From Lama guanicoe (lineage: Eukaryota), in contig MU053934.1 of NCBI GenBank assembly GCA_013239625.1, positions 8,639,352 through 8,703,351 on the forward strand: 64,000 bases of DNA. Direction: 5' to 3'. Positions 36,867 through 50,606 of the stretch are shown piece by piece. Both the position numbers and the translations under genes were made by a program. Below the pieces are notes generated by a model. The model saw only the letters and a program-made list of their open reading frames with translations, was not told where the DNA came from and searched no databases. Numbering within the stretch: position 1 is the stretch's first letter; each line of letters starts with the position of its first letter.

Positions 36867-37560
36867 AACACCAGCTTTGAAATATCCTTGCCTGCCCTCC
36901 CTATTCCCTCCCACATGCAGGTAACAGCTATTTCATATTTATTGTTCTCTGACTTCCCTTTATAGTTTACCAAACACATTTATAAAAACATATATTGTTT
37001 TATTTTGCATGTTTTGAACTTTATGTAAAGGGACTCATACAAAGCCTTGTTCTGCACCTTCCTTTCTGGACTCAATTACATGTTCCTAAGTTCACTGTTG
37101 TCACTGCACATGGCCTGGCTTGTCCCTTTTCTCTGCCAGACAGGCCAGGCATGTCCCTGTTTATCCAACTCCCCTCAGAGACATCTCAGTTCTCACCACT
37201 TTCGTTTGTTTTGGCTGCTAGAGAAGAGCAGGTCTCCAAGTACACCTGTGTAAGAATTTCTATAAGATATACACCTAGAAGTGGGGTTTCTGGTCAGGGG
37301 AAATGTGTATCGTCAGCTTTACTAGGCAACTCCAAACTGTTTTCAAAATTCTCCAATTTCTGGCCCACAGCACTGCCCAGAGTTCAGGTGGCTCGCACAC
37401 TCACCAGCCCCGGGCAGCGTCAGCACCTCCCATCAGTGTTAACCCGACAAGGAGGAAATGGAATCTCACTGAGGTTTTCATGAGCATTTCCTTGTCTCCT
37501 GCAGGGATGAGCATCTTCTCACATGTTCATTAACCAAGCTTTTTCTTTTCTAAGAAGGCT
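36867..37560 (-). mobile_element. Ancient L1ME-type fragment
   Basis: T-rich antisense L1 motifs (atatacacctagaagtggg...ccaaactgttttcaaa; gagcatcttctcacatgttcatt). Confidence 0.55.
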
Positions 37561-38514
37561 TGTCCAAACCTCTAGTTCCCGTAGGAAAGCTTTGGATCAT
37601 GGTTTCATTCCAAGGGACCAAACACGTGTCCTTTGGGGGACTCTATAGCCTAGTGCTCTGTGTGGACTCTGCCCGGAGTCCCACAGTGAGGCAGCCCACC
37701 CCTCCATCCTAGGCACCTTGCCTCACAGGGCAGCTGATTTTCCCAGTTCGCAGCTAAACTTTTTTTTTTTTTGCTGCTTCACTCCAATAATAATCTCTTA
37801 AACTGAAGTTGCACTTTGTTCAGAAAGCGTTTCCTCAAGCGGTATCCCTTTCCAGCTCCCCTCAGCACTCCCAGGACGTGGCCTCGGGCAGCTCTGGACC
37901 AACACCCCGTGGTGGGCAGAGCACATCTGTCTTACTCTGCTGCACATGCAGTGCCTGGTCAGGGCGCGGTACAGATCTGGAGCCCAGAGGGCCCTCCTGA
38001 CAGTCTGGGGGCCATGGGAAATGGGAAGGAGCTGCTGTCTGGGGCTGCCCCTCTGAGCAGCCCTGGCAGATGCTGCTTCTGGCGCCAAGTCCACCCGTGA
38101 TGCGAGGGAAAGGGTGGCCACACTCCAGAGGCTGCTGCGGTCTCTAATGTGCCCAGGCAGCCTGGGGGCATCGGGCAGCCTCCTCCCAGCCACAAAGATG
38201 CCCCTTAATGCTCCTTCCTGCAGTCCCTGGAGGGTAGCCAGAAACAGAAAGGAAACATGGTCTCACCTCTGCCCACTTTTCTCTTCACCTCTCCCTCACT
38301 CTCCCCCAAAAGATGCACTGCACCTCTGTGCCTGGGTCTTAACCACCAAGAGGCTCACCCCTCCGGCTCCTTCCCACCTCAGAGGCAGACTTGGCATCCA
38401 TGATCAGCTCTGTTTACAGCACCGAGTTTTCAGAAACTTTATCTCACTAAAGCCTCTGAGATGCCCCGAGTTTACATGTTTGGGCTTCCAAAATACCTCT
38501 TAGCACTTGGCCTT

Positions 38515-38650
38515 TTTCTTTTTTTAAATTGAGGTGAAATTCACATAACATAAAAAGAACCATTTTAAAGTGGCATTTAGTACATTCACAAAGTTGGGCA
38601 ACCACCACATCTATCTGGTTCCAAAACATTTTCTTCATCCCCCAAGAAGC
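38515..38650 (-). mobile_element. L1MB-type 3' end fragment
   Basis: tttttaaattgaggtgaaattcacataacataaaa...tagtacattcacaaagttgggcaaccaccac. Confidence 0.7.
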
Positions 38651-41600
38651 AACTGGCTTTTTTCTGCAGGATGTCTGCTTGTCTGGCGCCCCCACAGGAA
38701 GACTGCGGAGTCTTGGGCATTTCCATCCCATCCCCTCTTCTTGTTGAAAGTCACTGACAACATACACTGAGGTCAATTAACTTGTAAACATGCAGTCACG
38801 CAGTCCCATATGCCAGCACCTTACAGAATTCCCGGCAGGGACCGTAAAGGTCCTTGCTGCAGCCCTGGCCGGGCCTGAGATGCCACACAGGCCCGGGTAC
38901 CAGGGCAAGAGGGCACAGGTAAACCTGAGTGAACGGAAGGTTTGAACGAGCCGTGCTGTGATGGAGACCCATCAGTGGTGCCAAAACTGGGCAGACTGGG
39001 AGGAGTTCAGGCTCCCCAAACGTCAGGCCCACAGCCCCCTAAACATCTCGAAGTCACTCTGCACAACACAAGCAGGTCTGGAACATGTCTGCGATGTGAC
39101 TCATCAGCTGTTACTCAGACTTGCCGACAACCGGGCCAGGGTCCCAGGACCCCCGGGAGCCGAGCCCCTTCACCAGGGTAGAAGTGCCCTCCCAGGCTAG
39201 CCCGGGACCAGGAAGCGACATCTGTCACCCGGCACTGCCACCCAGAGTCATGAGCACAGCTAATTACCACTAATTGTAATATCGTTTCTGTCTTGCTAAT
39301 ACATTTAGACTTGCTCATCAAATCAAACCATTCCACCTTGCCCTGCTGCTTTCAAATAAACACTTCTGCAAAGCGAGAAATAAGTAAGTAGCTCCCAAGC
39401 TTTGTTCCCTCCTCCCTGTAGCCACTGTCTGAAGAGACATGGGGGTGGGGGTGCTGGGAGGGGGTACCGTTTATTTGTCTCTGGGACCAAAGGCACAGAA
39501 GGAATCTGATGAGGAACCAGCCTGTACTGTCCAGAGCTTCCAAAGAGAGAGGGAGACAGAGGGGAAGAGATGCCTGGGGGGCACTGGGAGGGAAGGAGGG
39601 AAGTGGAAGTAGAGGAAGGAAGGGAGGGAAGGAGGGAGGGCAGGAGAAGACGGGAAACTATCATAAAGCAGCCTGCAGGCTGTTACGCACTCCTCCTGTG
39701 TCACACCACCCTCTCTGGGATGCAGTCTCCTGTGGCCTCGGCTGGACTGGTGGCTCCTTCTCGGGACCCTCTCAGACCTCTGATATCCCCACTTCCACTC
39801 CTCAAGTTGGCTACTCTGATCTGTGGCAAACCCAGCTGTGAGCTGGTCAAGGGTGGGGACTCTGTGCTGCTGGCCTGTGTTCCCAGCACCGCCCCTCAGG
39901 AAACACACTCCCTCCCCATACTGAACAGACAGCCTAACCATCAGGCAAACGCCACTCTCCGTGTTTGCAGATGAGGACACCGGGGTCCTGAGGATGCTAA
40001 CGACCAGCCTGGAGTTTGTGATCAGTAAAGAGCAGGACCTCAGGGACAGTCCCGGGCGGGTCTGGCCCTGAACCTGTGCTCCTTCAGGAGAGGGGCAGGG
40101 GGAGGGTGGCCCTGGCTCCGCTGCGGCCCTAAACAATAGCTACACAGGGACCTGTGAGGAAGTGTGAAGGCCACAGGGTGCTCTGCTCAAGGACACACCG
40201 GAGAGATTCCGAGAATTCTGGAATGGAGACTGACAAAGGGTTGACCGTGGATGCAACTTAATATAAATGCATCCAGTTACTATAGCAATCCTGCAGAAGA
40301 ATTTCCTCACCCCGACACATCCACCCCACTGCTGAGAGAGGGGCTCACGTTGTGCCAGGAGGTCAGGGGATCACAGAGCTCCTCAGCCACGGCCCTCAGC
40401 CTTTGCCTCAGCAAACGCCAGCCTCGAGATGCAGGGGTGGGTGGGGTGGTGGAAAGAGGTCCTTAGCTGGGTCTGCTGGCCTGGCCTGGCCTGGCCAAGT
40501 CATCTCCCCACTCCCAGCCCAGCATTTCTGCCCGGATGAGAGGGACTGTCTGGTGTTCCCATCCTCTCTGCTTGTTTATTTGATGGCAGAAGTGAGGGAG
40601 GGAGGGAAGGGATGAAAGCATGGAGCCTCTGCAGAGGCTGGTTTGCAGCAGGGAGAGTAGAGAGGAGGGACAGGTGAGAACAAGCCCTGACTCTGGGCGG
40701 CACATTCTCGCCAACATCACCAGCAATCCCGTGAGGCTGCTATTACTCAACCCATTCCACAGATGAGAAGCCTGAGGCTTGGAAGTCATCCAACCACCAT
40801 AAGAGGAGGCAGGACTGTCAGCCGGGTCTGGACCACTCCAAACCCGTGTTCCTCCCACTCCTGCACAGAGTCCTCCAGCAAATCGGCCCGCCTGGCATCT
40901 CGTAGCCACTGCTTCTGCCCGAGCGATACCCACGCGGCTCACACACATAACTAAAAATGAGAAGCACATCCCGCATCAAATGAGGCTGTCAATTTCAATT
41001 AATTTCAGACTTTGTGTGTTTCTGGCAATTATTTGTAACAAGGTTTACAGAGGGCATTTAAAATTAATTGTGATTTTTATCTAGAAATCAATGCTTATTT
41101 TTTAAGCAGCTCATTAGGGGTAAGTATGTATTACAGGAGCAGCAGGCTCCGTGGCAAGAAGGAGGCACCTGGGGCCAGGAGTGAGCAGCCAGCAAGGGAA
41201 GATGTCTCAACTGGAAGGCTGAGATCAAAGCCAGCGGGATTGTGACACGAAGCTCCAGAAGACAAAACGAGGTCTGATTCAGATGGAATGAAGGCAAAGT
41301 TTAACAGCCTGAAGCGGGAGAGGAGGGCTGGGCTCCCTTCACCCCTCACCTTGGCTGTGGCTCTCGGGCCGGTCCAGCCGTCCCAGCCACCTGGCTCCGG
41401 GGAGACTCGCCGACTCAGCAAAGGCTGCAGGGACTGGGAGTGGCAAGGTCCCTGCGTGGAAGGCAGAGCAAAGGCTGTGAGGAAGGGCCACCCCCAGGCC
41501 ACCGCAACCAGCCTGGAGGAGCCAGGACATGGCACCTGGCACCCAGGCCAGAGGGCAGGTAATGAGGGCAGTGAGATGATTTCTGTGTTTGTTTTGCTTT

Positions 41601-42004
41601 GAAGTGTTAAAAGAAATATGTTTAAAATTCAACCTAGAAAGACCGATGCAGATGAACAGAAATGTCTAAATACATAAAACAAGAGAGAAAACCGCCTAAC
41701 ATCACAGACAAGTTACAAATTGTAAGCCCTCCTTCTACCCTTCCCCCTTTACACAAAGACATCGCATGATTAAAATCGAGTGAAGTCCTCTGAGTTTTAA
41801 TAATAAAACCACTAGTATTTGCACAGGCCTTACAGCTTATAAAGATATTACTAGTTCCATTCTGCAGGCAGGGCAAATGAGGCTCGGGAAGTTTCCACGC
41901 CTTACCGAAGTGTGTGAGATGAGTCATCTGGGAACTTGGGGCCTGGCCTCTCCTTTCAGGCCCTCATCTCCTCAGTGTTCCCCCGAGGTTAGCAAGGTAT
42001 GACA

Positions 42005-42142
42005 ATCACCACCACCACCACCATCACCACAAACTCACTACCATCGTCACCATCACCACGTCACCATCACCAGTACCACAATAAACGTCACCATCACCAT
42101 CATCACTACCATCACCACAATGATCACCGTCACCATCATCAC
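42005..42142. repeat. (CAC/CAT)n trinucleotide low-complexity tract
   Basis: Imperfect caccaccatcacc repeats. A second such tract lies at about 43340-43452. Confidence 0.9.
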
Positions 42143-44606
42143 AAGAGGAAAAGACCCAGCAAGGACTGAAGAAGCATGCTGTCCGTACCTTTCTGTTTTG
42201 TCAGGTGGCCAGGGAAAGGGCTATCCTCACCCAGAGCCCTGGTTCTCATACTTCAGGGGCCCCAGAATCTTGTGGGGAGCATGTCACACACCCTCTTGGG
42301 CCCAGCGGTGGGGCTCCTGGTTCCACAAGTGTGAAGTAGCACCAGGCACCTGCTGGCAGATGGAGCTCCGGGCAGATTCAGATGCAGAGAGTCACGGGGC
42401 AGGCTCTGGGGGACCCTGAGCGAAGATCCAATCAGGGCCTGAGACTTTGCAAAGGCTGAAAACACTAGTTGAGAGGAGAGGATCACCGGAGAGTTAAACA
42501 TACATGTTAAGGAGCAATTGTATCAGTCAAAGTACTTGACATGTATGCTTATCTGTGTTCAGTCTGGCTCCACAATTTACCAACTACATTCTCAAGGTGG
42601 GAGGATCACATATCTTGTTGTTATTCTCATTTTAAAGTTTTAATTTTCAAGAAGAATCATACACCGTTTTCCACGCCTGGGGTTTCCCTCCAGAATTTCA
42701 CGGTCATTTGCCGGCAGCGAACAGAACAGCAGGCTCAGACAGACGAGGAACAGACGACTCCAAGGAGCAGACCTGGGGTTGTTCAGATCTACCGAGTGGC
42801 ATCAAATGGCACACAAAAAACTGCAAAAAAAGACACGCTTGCATCGGAACACACTATCTGAGTCCCACGGTCTTTAAAAGTAGTGTCAGCAGCATCTCGT
42901 ACTTCACATCATCTTGTCATTAATCACGTCGGGGGCTCCAGGGAGGGACACAAGGGACTTTGTTGCTTGGGTGTGCCAACCTCAGTGCCTTGAGAACTTG
43001 TAAAGCTTTTTGCTTCTTCTGGATACAAATATCTTGTCTTTAGGACAGAACGTAACAGCAGTGACATTTCCATCACATTTCCAGGCTCTCAGGCACACCT
43101 GTCATCCGTTACGTACAATGGAGCTGCTGTGTGCCCACATCAGACACGGACGTTCGACTGAGGAGTCTGAGCACCACAAAGCAGTGAAGCCAAGACGGAC
43201 CAGCCTCTGACACGTGTCTGCTCCCTCCACTGCACAGTGGGGATAAAACTTCCTCACAAGGACGTGCTGTGATAATAGGTAAGTTAAACTGGAAACCACT
43301 TCGACCGACTGCGGGAAGTGGTCAATAAACGGAAGCTGCCACCATCATCACTGACGTCACCACTAGCATCACTGTCATCACTGTCACAGCCATTATCCCC
43401 ATCCCCCATCACTGCCGCCACCACCACCGTGACCGTCATTACCACCACCATGATCCAGTCCAGGCGAATCCACAGGTGCCTTTCTTGAGGGTAAGGAGCT
43501 GATCTGGGCTTTGGGGGATGGGCAGGATCTTGCTCAAGGGAAGAGGGCAGTCCAGGCAGGAGCGCCACCCTAGGCAAGGCCCGTCACCCACAGGCACCAG
43601 TCTATCTGGGAAACGGTCAGTGGTTCCATGCCAGGAGATGAGGCTGAGGAAGTGATCTGAAACCAGAGAATGAAAGGCCCTGGCTCTCGACAGCAAAGAC
43701 TTTGTGACGCTTCTTCCTCAGGTCACTGACTTACAGACTGTGTTCCCTGGAGCCCCAGGTGTCTCCCACCTGCCAGAGGCCCTGCAGTTGGGGGTAGAGG
43801 GCAGGCTGTGCGCTGGGACCCAGCTCAGCACAGCAGCCCTGTCTGACTCAACTCGCTGGGGCAAGGGGCTCAGGAAGGCGTGAAGTTCTTGCTGTGGGCA
43901 ATGGGGAGGGAATTGGGGGGGCGATCGTTTTCAAGCACAGAGAAGTAACGTGAGGGAAGGACACCCTTGGTGACGGTGTGGAAGACAGACTGGAGGCAGA
44001 GAGCAGTCAGGAGGCTGCTGGGTGGTGAACCAGAGCAGCAGAGGCGGGAAAAGTGAGCAGAACAGTTAGGAGGTGAGATTGGCAAGACGACAGTGGGAGC
44101 TGGGAGCAGAGATGAAAGCCAAGGCCAGCAGGACCCCCAGAGAGACGGATGCTTCGGATACTCAGCATCGGAGGGTACCAGTCTGGCCTCGAGACACACG
44201 ATAAGAGCTCGCTTCTCCAGGGCCCTCTCCGCGCACCAGGCTCTGTGCGGAGCTCTATCATCCATCGTTCTGCCCCATTCTTCCAGCTCTGCAAGGCAGG
44301 TGCCCCTGTCACCTCTGCTTCACAGGTGAGTAGAGGGAAGCTTAAGAACAGTCAATAATTTGCTTGAGGTCACAAGACTAACAAGGGTCAGAGATGGGAC
44401 CTGAGAGTTGAAACTGCACAGTTGTTGAGGCTCAGGATTTGGAGCAAGAGCTCTCCCAGTCCTTTGATCCCCTGAGGCACTGACGGTGCCATCTCTGGTC
44501 ATCACTCCCTGTTCCCAGGCTGCTGTGAACCTGCTCTCCATGTAACAAGTCACGCCCTGACAGCAGGTACCGAGGCTTACGGTTCTTAAATCTACGGAGC
44601 CCCTAA

Positions 44607-44644
44607 CAACACACACACAGAGACACACACACACACACACACAC
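44607..44644. repeat. Interrupted (CA)n microsatellite
   Basis: acacacacag agacacacacacacacacacac. Confidence 0.9.
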
Positions 44645-46495
44645 TGCATCACCTAGTGGTTCACTGATCAAAAAGGCCTCCGCCAATGGGCAGATGGAAG
44701 AATGGAAGTATGGGAAGTAATAGACCTCAAGATAAGGGGGACCACTCTGAAGATCAGAGTTGTCCAGGCCTGGATGGACTTGTTTGGAGATAGTAAGCTC
44801 CTAAGATAGAAAGATCTCAACCCAGTGGGAATGATAAAGAGGGAATTCTTGGAGAATTTGCCCAGCATTTTGTCAGATTTATTTAGGAAGCAGAACCTGA
44901 AGATAACGCTTTGCAGAACACCATGAACCCCTGATGTACCTGGTCCCACCAGGAGCAGACTTCAGGAGCACAGCACTGCATCTACCTGCGCGCAAACACA
45001 CAGAACGCTCGCAGGCCTCCTCCCAAGTCTTCCGAGAAACCACAGCAACTGTAAATCTTCGCCCACTACTTCTTACGTCACTCTGTCCTCTGCTAGAGCC
45101 CAGACACCAGAAGTTTAAGAAATACTAACGCAAGAAGAAGTTTAATGAAGAAAAGCGGCTTACTACTCATTCCTGCACGTCGGAGGAAGGCTGTGTTAAA
45201 GTCAGCAGGGGCGTTCCTCGCCCTGGCCCTGGCCACGTCCACGCAGCACAGGGACACAGAGAAGGAGGGGTCTTCCCGGAGGTGGGGTCCCAGCTGGCGG
45301 CTCTGTGGCTGCATGCGGCCCCCTCCTCCAGCTAGACTGTTGGCTCTGCCGGCCTCCATCCACGCACATAGCAAGAGGACTCACCTGGGGACATGGGACA
45401 GAGTTCCCCCTGGTTTTTCCGTGCTGGCCAGGGGGTCGGCTGGGTTTGGAGGGGGAAGGGACTGCTGAGAACCCTGGACTTCACTCTCCTGGTCCCTTCC
45501 AAAGCGCACTTAGTAAACATGTCCACTGAGCAACCTAGAAAAGGAAGCTGTGGCCGGGGCGGAGAAAGGGCTGTCCGGCCGAGTTAGAGAGGCCACCTCC
45601 CGGGCGGAGGGCATCCCGCCTGGCCTGGTCCAACCCCGCGTGCAAACGCGCCTGGCACCCCCCGCTCCCAACCGCTCAGGCATCGGTAAGTCGTGACCTC
45701 CTGGGGCAGCCAGCTCTCTCTGTGCACACCCTGATTCTTAGGAAGTCTCTGAGGTTAAACCAAAATTCAGCTTGGTGTAACTCCCGCCCCTCCATGCCCT
45801 CTGCGGTCTCAGGAAGTGCGGCTAACACTCCCTCCAGGGGAGATTCCGCAAGTGTTTGGACAGAGCCACCCGCAGCCACATCCCAGGGAAGGACAGCACT
45901 GCCCTGACTGCCGGGACGGAGCAGGTGCTCGGGAGGATGGTGGTGGCGGCACAGAGCCGCGGGAATAGCTGGAGCCCTGAACCGCCCGCCTAGAAGTGGT
46001 AAGAGGGTGAGCTGTGCATGCGTGCATTTCACAATTAAAATAAAAAATTTTTTAAAAAGAAGGAATTGAGATCCTGCAGTAAAGCTGAGCTCACAGGTGC
46101 CCCTGATGATGGAGGAGGTTCCGAGGGCTGCCGGCCTGGTGCTGCCCAGAACCACGTGCCTGGTGGGGAAACTCCAAGGCCGGCTCTGCCCACAGGCCAC
46201 CGGGCAAAGAGCTGGCATCTGATCTCCGGCCGCTGACCTGCCAAGCTCGCAGAGGCAGAGGCAGGATGTGGCGCCAGGTGTGCCACCTCAGAGGCCACTC
46301 TCATCGCGGCTCATCCCGTGCCTCGTCTGGACTCTAGGACCTGCGGTCAGGGTGGGGGCGGGAAGTATGTGTGCAAAGGAGCCACCTGGGCAGGAGGCTT
46401 GCTGGGTAACCAGCTACACAACATGGCAGGATGACATCCCGCCTGTTGCCACATGACCCTCAGGGCCTGCAGGCTGGACTTACCATTGTGTTTTT

Positions 46496-46617
46496 GTGGG
46501 GGGAGGGTAATCAGGTTTATTTATTTATTATTTTTTAATGGAGGTACCAAGGACTGAACCCAGGATGTCGTGCATGCTAAGCACGCGCTCTACCACTGAG
46601 CCCTCCTCCCCTTCCCC
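46496..46617 (-). mobile_element. tRNA-derived SINE (camelid Vic-1-like) with 10-bp TSD
   Basis: Minus strand GCTCAGTGGTAGAGCGCGTGCTTAGCATGCACG...GGTTCAGTCC (A/B boxes), then a (TAAA)n region. TTGTGTTTTT at 46486-46495 and 46618-46627. Confidence 0.85.
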
Positions 46618-47321
46618 TTGTGTTTTTTCATCTCACCCTCACAATTACCCTCCGAGATAGACAGGGAAGGGTCACCCCATTTCACAGATGCAGAAACTGA
46701 CTCAGAAGATCAAAGCTTACCCATCAGGGGATGCAGTGGGGACGTGGTACCCTCACACTCGGTCCAACAGGGACACCCCTGCCTGTCTGTCCCTGAGACG
46801 CCGAGGGCCACACCACATCAGGTACGGGTGAACCTCAAATGACACATACACCTACAGCACCCCGGGGAGCTGGGGTGCCAGGTGAGCGGGGAGTTCTGCC
46901 TCAGTGGCAGCCAGCAGGCCCCACAGCCGGCGCAGCGGCTGGGAACCAGACACCCGGGATTCATTTCAGTCTCAGAGCCGAGGCCTTGGATGAGGCACTG
47001 TAGCCGCCGCGTCTCAGTTTCCTCCCCTGAAAAATGGGGACAGGAGTAGGACTCACAGAACTGTTGGAAGAAGTAAAGGCGTATTCTCACCTGCCATGGG
47101 GAGCGCTGGCTGCACCCTCCCACCCGCAATGGGTAACATGGGCAGAAGACACAGCCAGCCTCCCACGACACAGCACAACGTCAGTGATTTCCCCGTCTCA
47201 GCTCCGGGCTGCAGGGAGGGGAGGGACGGCGCTGCTGGTGGGGACAGCGTGGAGCAGACCCCCCCACCTTGCATCCCTCAACTGTAACCTGAGGCAGACG
47301 GGACTAGCTTCGCCTGGCAGG

Positions 47322-47735
47322 TATAGCAGGGTAGACAACAAAATTCATGTCTGCCCAAAACCTCACAGTGGGTCCTTATTTGGAAATTGGGTCTCTGCAG
47401 ACAGGATTAGTTGAGATTATACTGGACTGGAGGGGGGCTAAATCTAACAACTGGGGTCCTTATAAGGAGAGAAGACATGGACTTAGAGGAAAGACAGTCC
47501 AGCGAAGACAGAGCCAGAGACTGCGGTCATGCAGCCACAGCCCAAGGAGCGCCTGGAGTCCCCAGAGGCTGGAGGAGGCAGGAGGGATCCTCCCCTGGAC
47601 TCTGGAGGGGGCGTGGCCCTGCCGGCACCTTGATTCCAGACTTCTAGCCTCCAGACCCCGAGAGAGTAAACTTCTGTTGCTTTAAGCTGCCCAGTTTGTG
47701 GCACTCTGTTACAGCAGCTACAGGAAGCTCACACA
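47322..47735 (+). mobile_element. MLT1 (MaLR) solo LTR
   Basis: ccttatttggaaat...gtccttataagg...gcagccacagcccaagga...gacttctagcctccaga...tgttacagcagc...ctcacaca. Confidence 0.85.
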
Positions 47736-49539
47736 GCAGACGAGAAAGCTCAGACTCAGGGAAGGGAAGGAACCGGCCCAGGTCCCCGGGCTCAGGAGCA
47801 GCCGAGACAGGCCAGACGGTCCCCTGGCCCTGTTTCTGCCCGTGTGCCGCCCTCCCCGATGTCCACTTCATCCAGAACCCTTCCCATCCCCCGCTTACAG
47901 GCTCGCTGATCAGGAGGAAAGATTTGCAAATGTCCCCACTTCCGCCGTATCCAAAAGAGTGTCATTACAGGAAAGAAGTCCAGATAAAAATACTCAAACC
48001 CAGAGTGCGCTGGGGGAAGACTGCACATCCACGAGGCAGCCTCCGAACCGGTCAGCCGCCCACCTTCCAGGCCAGGGGGCGCCGTCCCTCCTACCGGCCA
48101 GCAAGGTGCCCTGCTCCCGGCACCCCCTTTGCCTTTTCCATCAACGAAACAAAGCCGAAGAGAAGCAAACAGCCTTGGAAAAGTGGGTCAGTACATTCCT
48201 CCCTCCAGTCACCAAACAGAGGCGGGGAGGGGGGATAAATTACTGTGCCCGAGTCCAGCTGCACCAGGATGTCATAAAATGTGCTGCTAAGATACAAGCG
48301 CCAAAGAAGTTCATCAAAGGACACTTTAACCCACGCTGCCAGGCGCTTCTCCCTTTAAAGGCTGCTTATTTGGTACCGTCCCTCGTGTTTATAATTAGAT
48401 CTGCAATATGAGAGCTCGGGCCCCATTCAAGCCCACTCAGCAGAACTCATTAATAAACTAACTTCCAAAGAGCCACCGCCTTCTGCCAGGGCGGTGGGGG
48501 GGGCTGTTTTATTTACAGAAACATATTTGAGCTTCACTTACTTATCTAAACAAGAGACAAAGGCTCTTGAAGAACCTCAGCGGCCCTCCAGCCGCACCAC
48601 TGGCTGCTCCCCCTGGAGCTGGGGTCTCTAGGGTGGTGGAATCCCAGGCCCCAGGGCTCACGATCAGACTCCCATCACCGCAGAACTGGAAGGTTATCCA
48701 GCCTGAGCGCTCAGTCAGGCTCTGACTCGCCACGCGGGAGGGTGAATGGGGGACATGGGGGTGAAGGAGGCGGGAGATTACCAGATCGCAACCCAGTGTG
48801 ATGGAGCCGGCTGCAGGGACACCAGATCCCGTTAGGGAATCAGGACAAATGCCCACCTCAGCCAGGCCTGGACGACGAAGGAGGAGCCAGGGGTCCGGGG
48901 CTTGGGGAGGGGACTCAGAGGGCCCCCAGAGGAGGAGATCTGGGTCTGGCCTGTGGGAGTGTCCTTGGACCAACAGCGTTTAGAAAAGGCCTTAATGCAC
49001 AGCCCACGTCCAAACTGCAGATTCCACGTAAGCGTGGGTTTCTGGCTTCTCTTGAAAAAAATCAAACAAGCAGGCTGCCTGGGGCTCCTGCCTCGTGATA
49101 ACAGGGGTGGTGCTGGGCCTCCCTGGCCCCCACACTGCCCACAAGGCACCATCTCTCCAGCAGGCCTGGCCTTGGCAGGACCACTTGCCAGCCCCCAGCG
49201 TTAGAGCCTGCAGTCCTGCAACGGACCATCTCAGGTGACACTTGGGCAAGGGTGGGATCCTGGATGAGCCACAGACCTCACTCAGCACAGGGACCACCGG
49301 CCTGGTCTCCTATCCAGCTCCTGCTTCCCCTCTGCTGAGCAGGTGTTGATTCGGCTGTTGAAGGTCTCAGAATGACCAATTCTGTCCCCAGGCAGATCCC
49401 TCTGGAAGGGAATTCCTCCAGACTGGAGCTGAAATGGGCCTTCTGGTACCTTCCAGCTTCTAGTCAAAATTCTGCCCCATGAAAGGTCTGCTTCTACATC
49501 ACGGCCAGATGGCAATTTAAAGGCAGGGGTCAGTCATGC

Positions 49540-49980
49540 TGGAGAGGTCAGTCCCCACCCCATTCCATCAACTCTCTGATCTCTTCCCTCACACTCTCCT
49601 ACCACTCACTCTCTCAGTCACACTGGCCGCCACTGGACAGGCTAGGTACGTCCCGCCTCAGGGCCTTTGCACGAGCTGTTCCATCTGTCTAGGACACTCT
49701 CCCTACAGAGAGCCACAGGCTTCACTCCCCAGCTTCTTCTACGGGCCTGGGCTCCAATGCAGAGGCCCCTCTTGACCACATTTAAAATACCCACCTGCCC
49801 CCACCTCCATCCTGCTACCTGGCTCTCCTCTCTGCCAGAGCACCCATCCCCTTCCCACCTGCTCCGTAATCCACTTATGATGCTTCTCTCTTATTACTCC
49901 TCCCCCGAGACTATGAGTGCGTCTCAAGGGCCTATTCCGTCCACTGCTGTCTGTGCGGTGCCCAGCACAGAGTGAGCGCA
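49540..49980 (+). mobile_element. L2 3' fragment
   Basis: cctcagggcctttgcac...gctgttcc and ccactgctgtct...gtgcccagcacag are L2 3' motifs. Confidence 0.55.
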
Positions 49981-50365
49981 TGGTAGCTGTGCAGTGAATG
50001 TCACAACTTGACACCGAGTGGTGGCCGCCACCCTCACCCATCCGAGCGCTCTCTCCCGGACCCACTGGTGGGCAGACTCTGGAGTAAACGCAGTAGAGCA
50101 TGAGACACCCCGCCCCGTTCTGCCACCCTGTTCCCTTCCAGCCTCTGGTGCCAAAACTCCCTGCCTCCTCCCTACCCCTAGCTCCTGCTTTAAGACCCCA
50201 GCCAGGTGGCTCCCCTCTGACCCGGCCACAATGACACTGTTTTATCACCTCTCCTGTTAATCAGGACAAGCCCTTGGAGGGACCCTCTTGAGCACACTTC
50301 CCCTTGGCAGCAGCACCTGGGAGAAGGATGTTGGTGACAGAGGCAAAGAAAACTCGGCACAAGGT

Positions 50366-50606
50366 GGGGGGGGAAATAGCTCAGTGGTGGAGAGCAAGGC
50401 GTGAGGTCCTCGGAAGGAAGGGAGGAAAGAAGGAAAGAGGGAAAGAAAGAGAAAGAAACAAAGAAAGAAAGAGGGAGGGAGGGAGAGAGAAAAGGAAGGA
50501 AGGGAGGCAGGGAGAGAGAGAGAGAGGAAAGGAAGAAGAAAGGAGGAAGAAAGGAAGGAAGAAAGGAAGGAAGGAAGAAAGGAAGGAAGGAAGGAAGGAA
50601 GAAAGG
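50366..50606 (+). mobile_element. Truncated tRNA-SINE head followed by (GGAA/GA)n polypurine microsatellite
   Basis: GGGGGGGGAAATAGCTCAGTGG...GAGGTCCT, then purine-rich repeats at 50412-50606. Flanked by near-identical 15-mers. Confidence 0.7.

Noticed and set aside
46540..46612. Possible tRNA-Ala gene
   Set aside because: Degenerate stems, SINE-type tail and TSDs indicate a SINE, not a tRNA gene.
46852..46872. Third RE1-like site TACAGCACCCCGGGGAGCTGG
   Set aside because: The right half-site core (GGACAG) is disrupted and there are too many mismatches.
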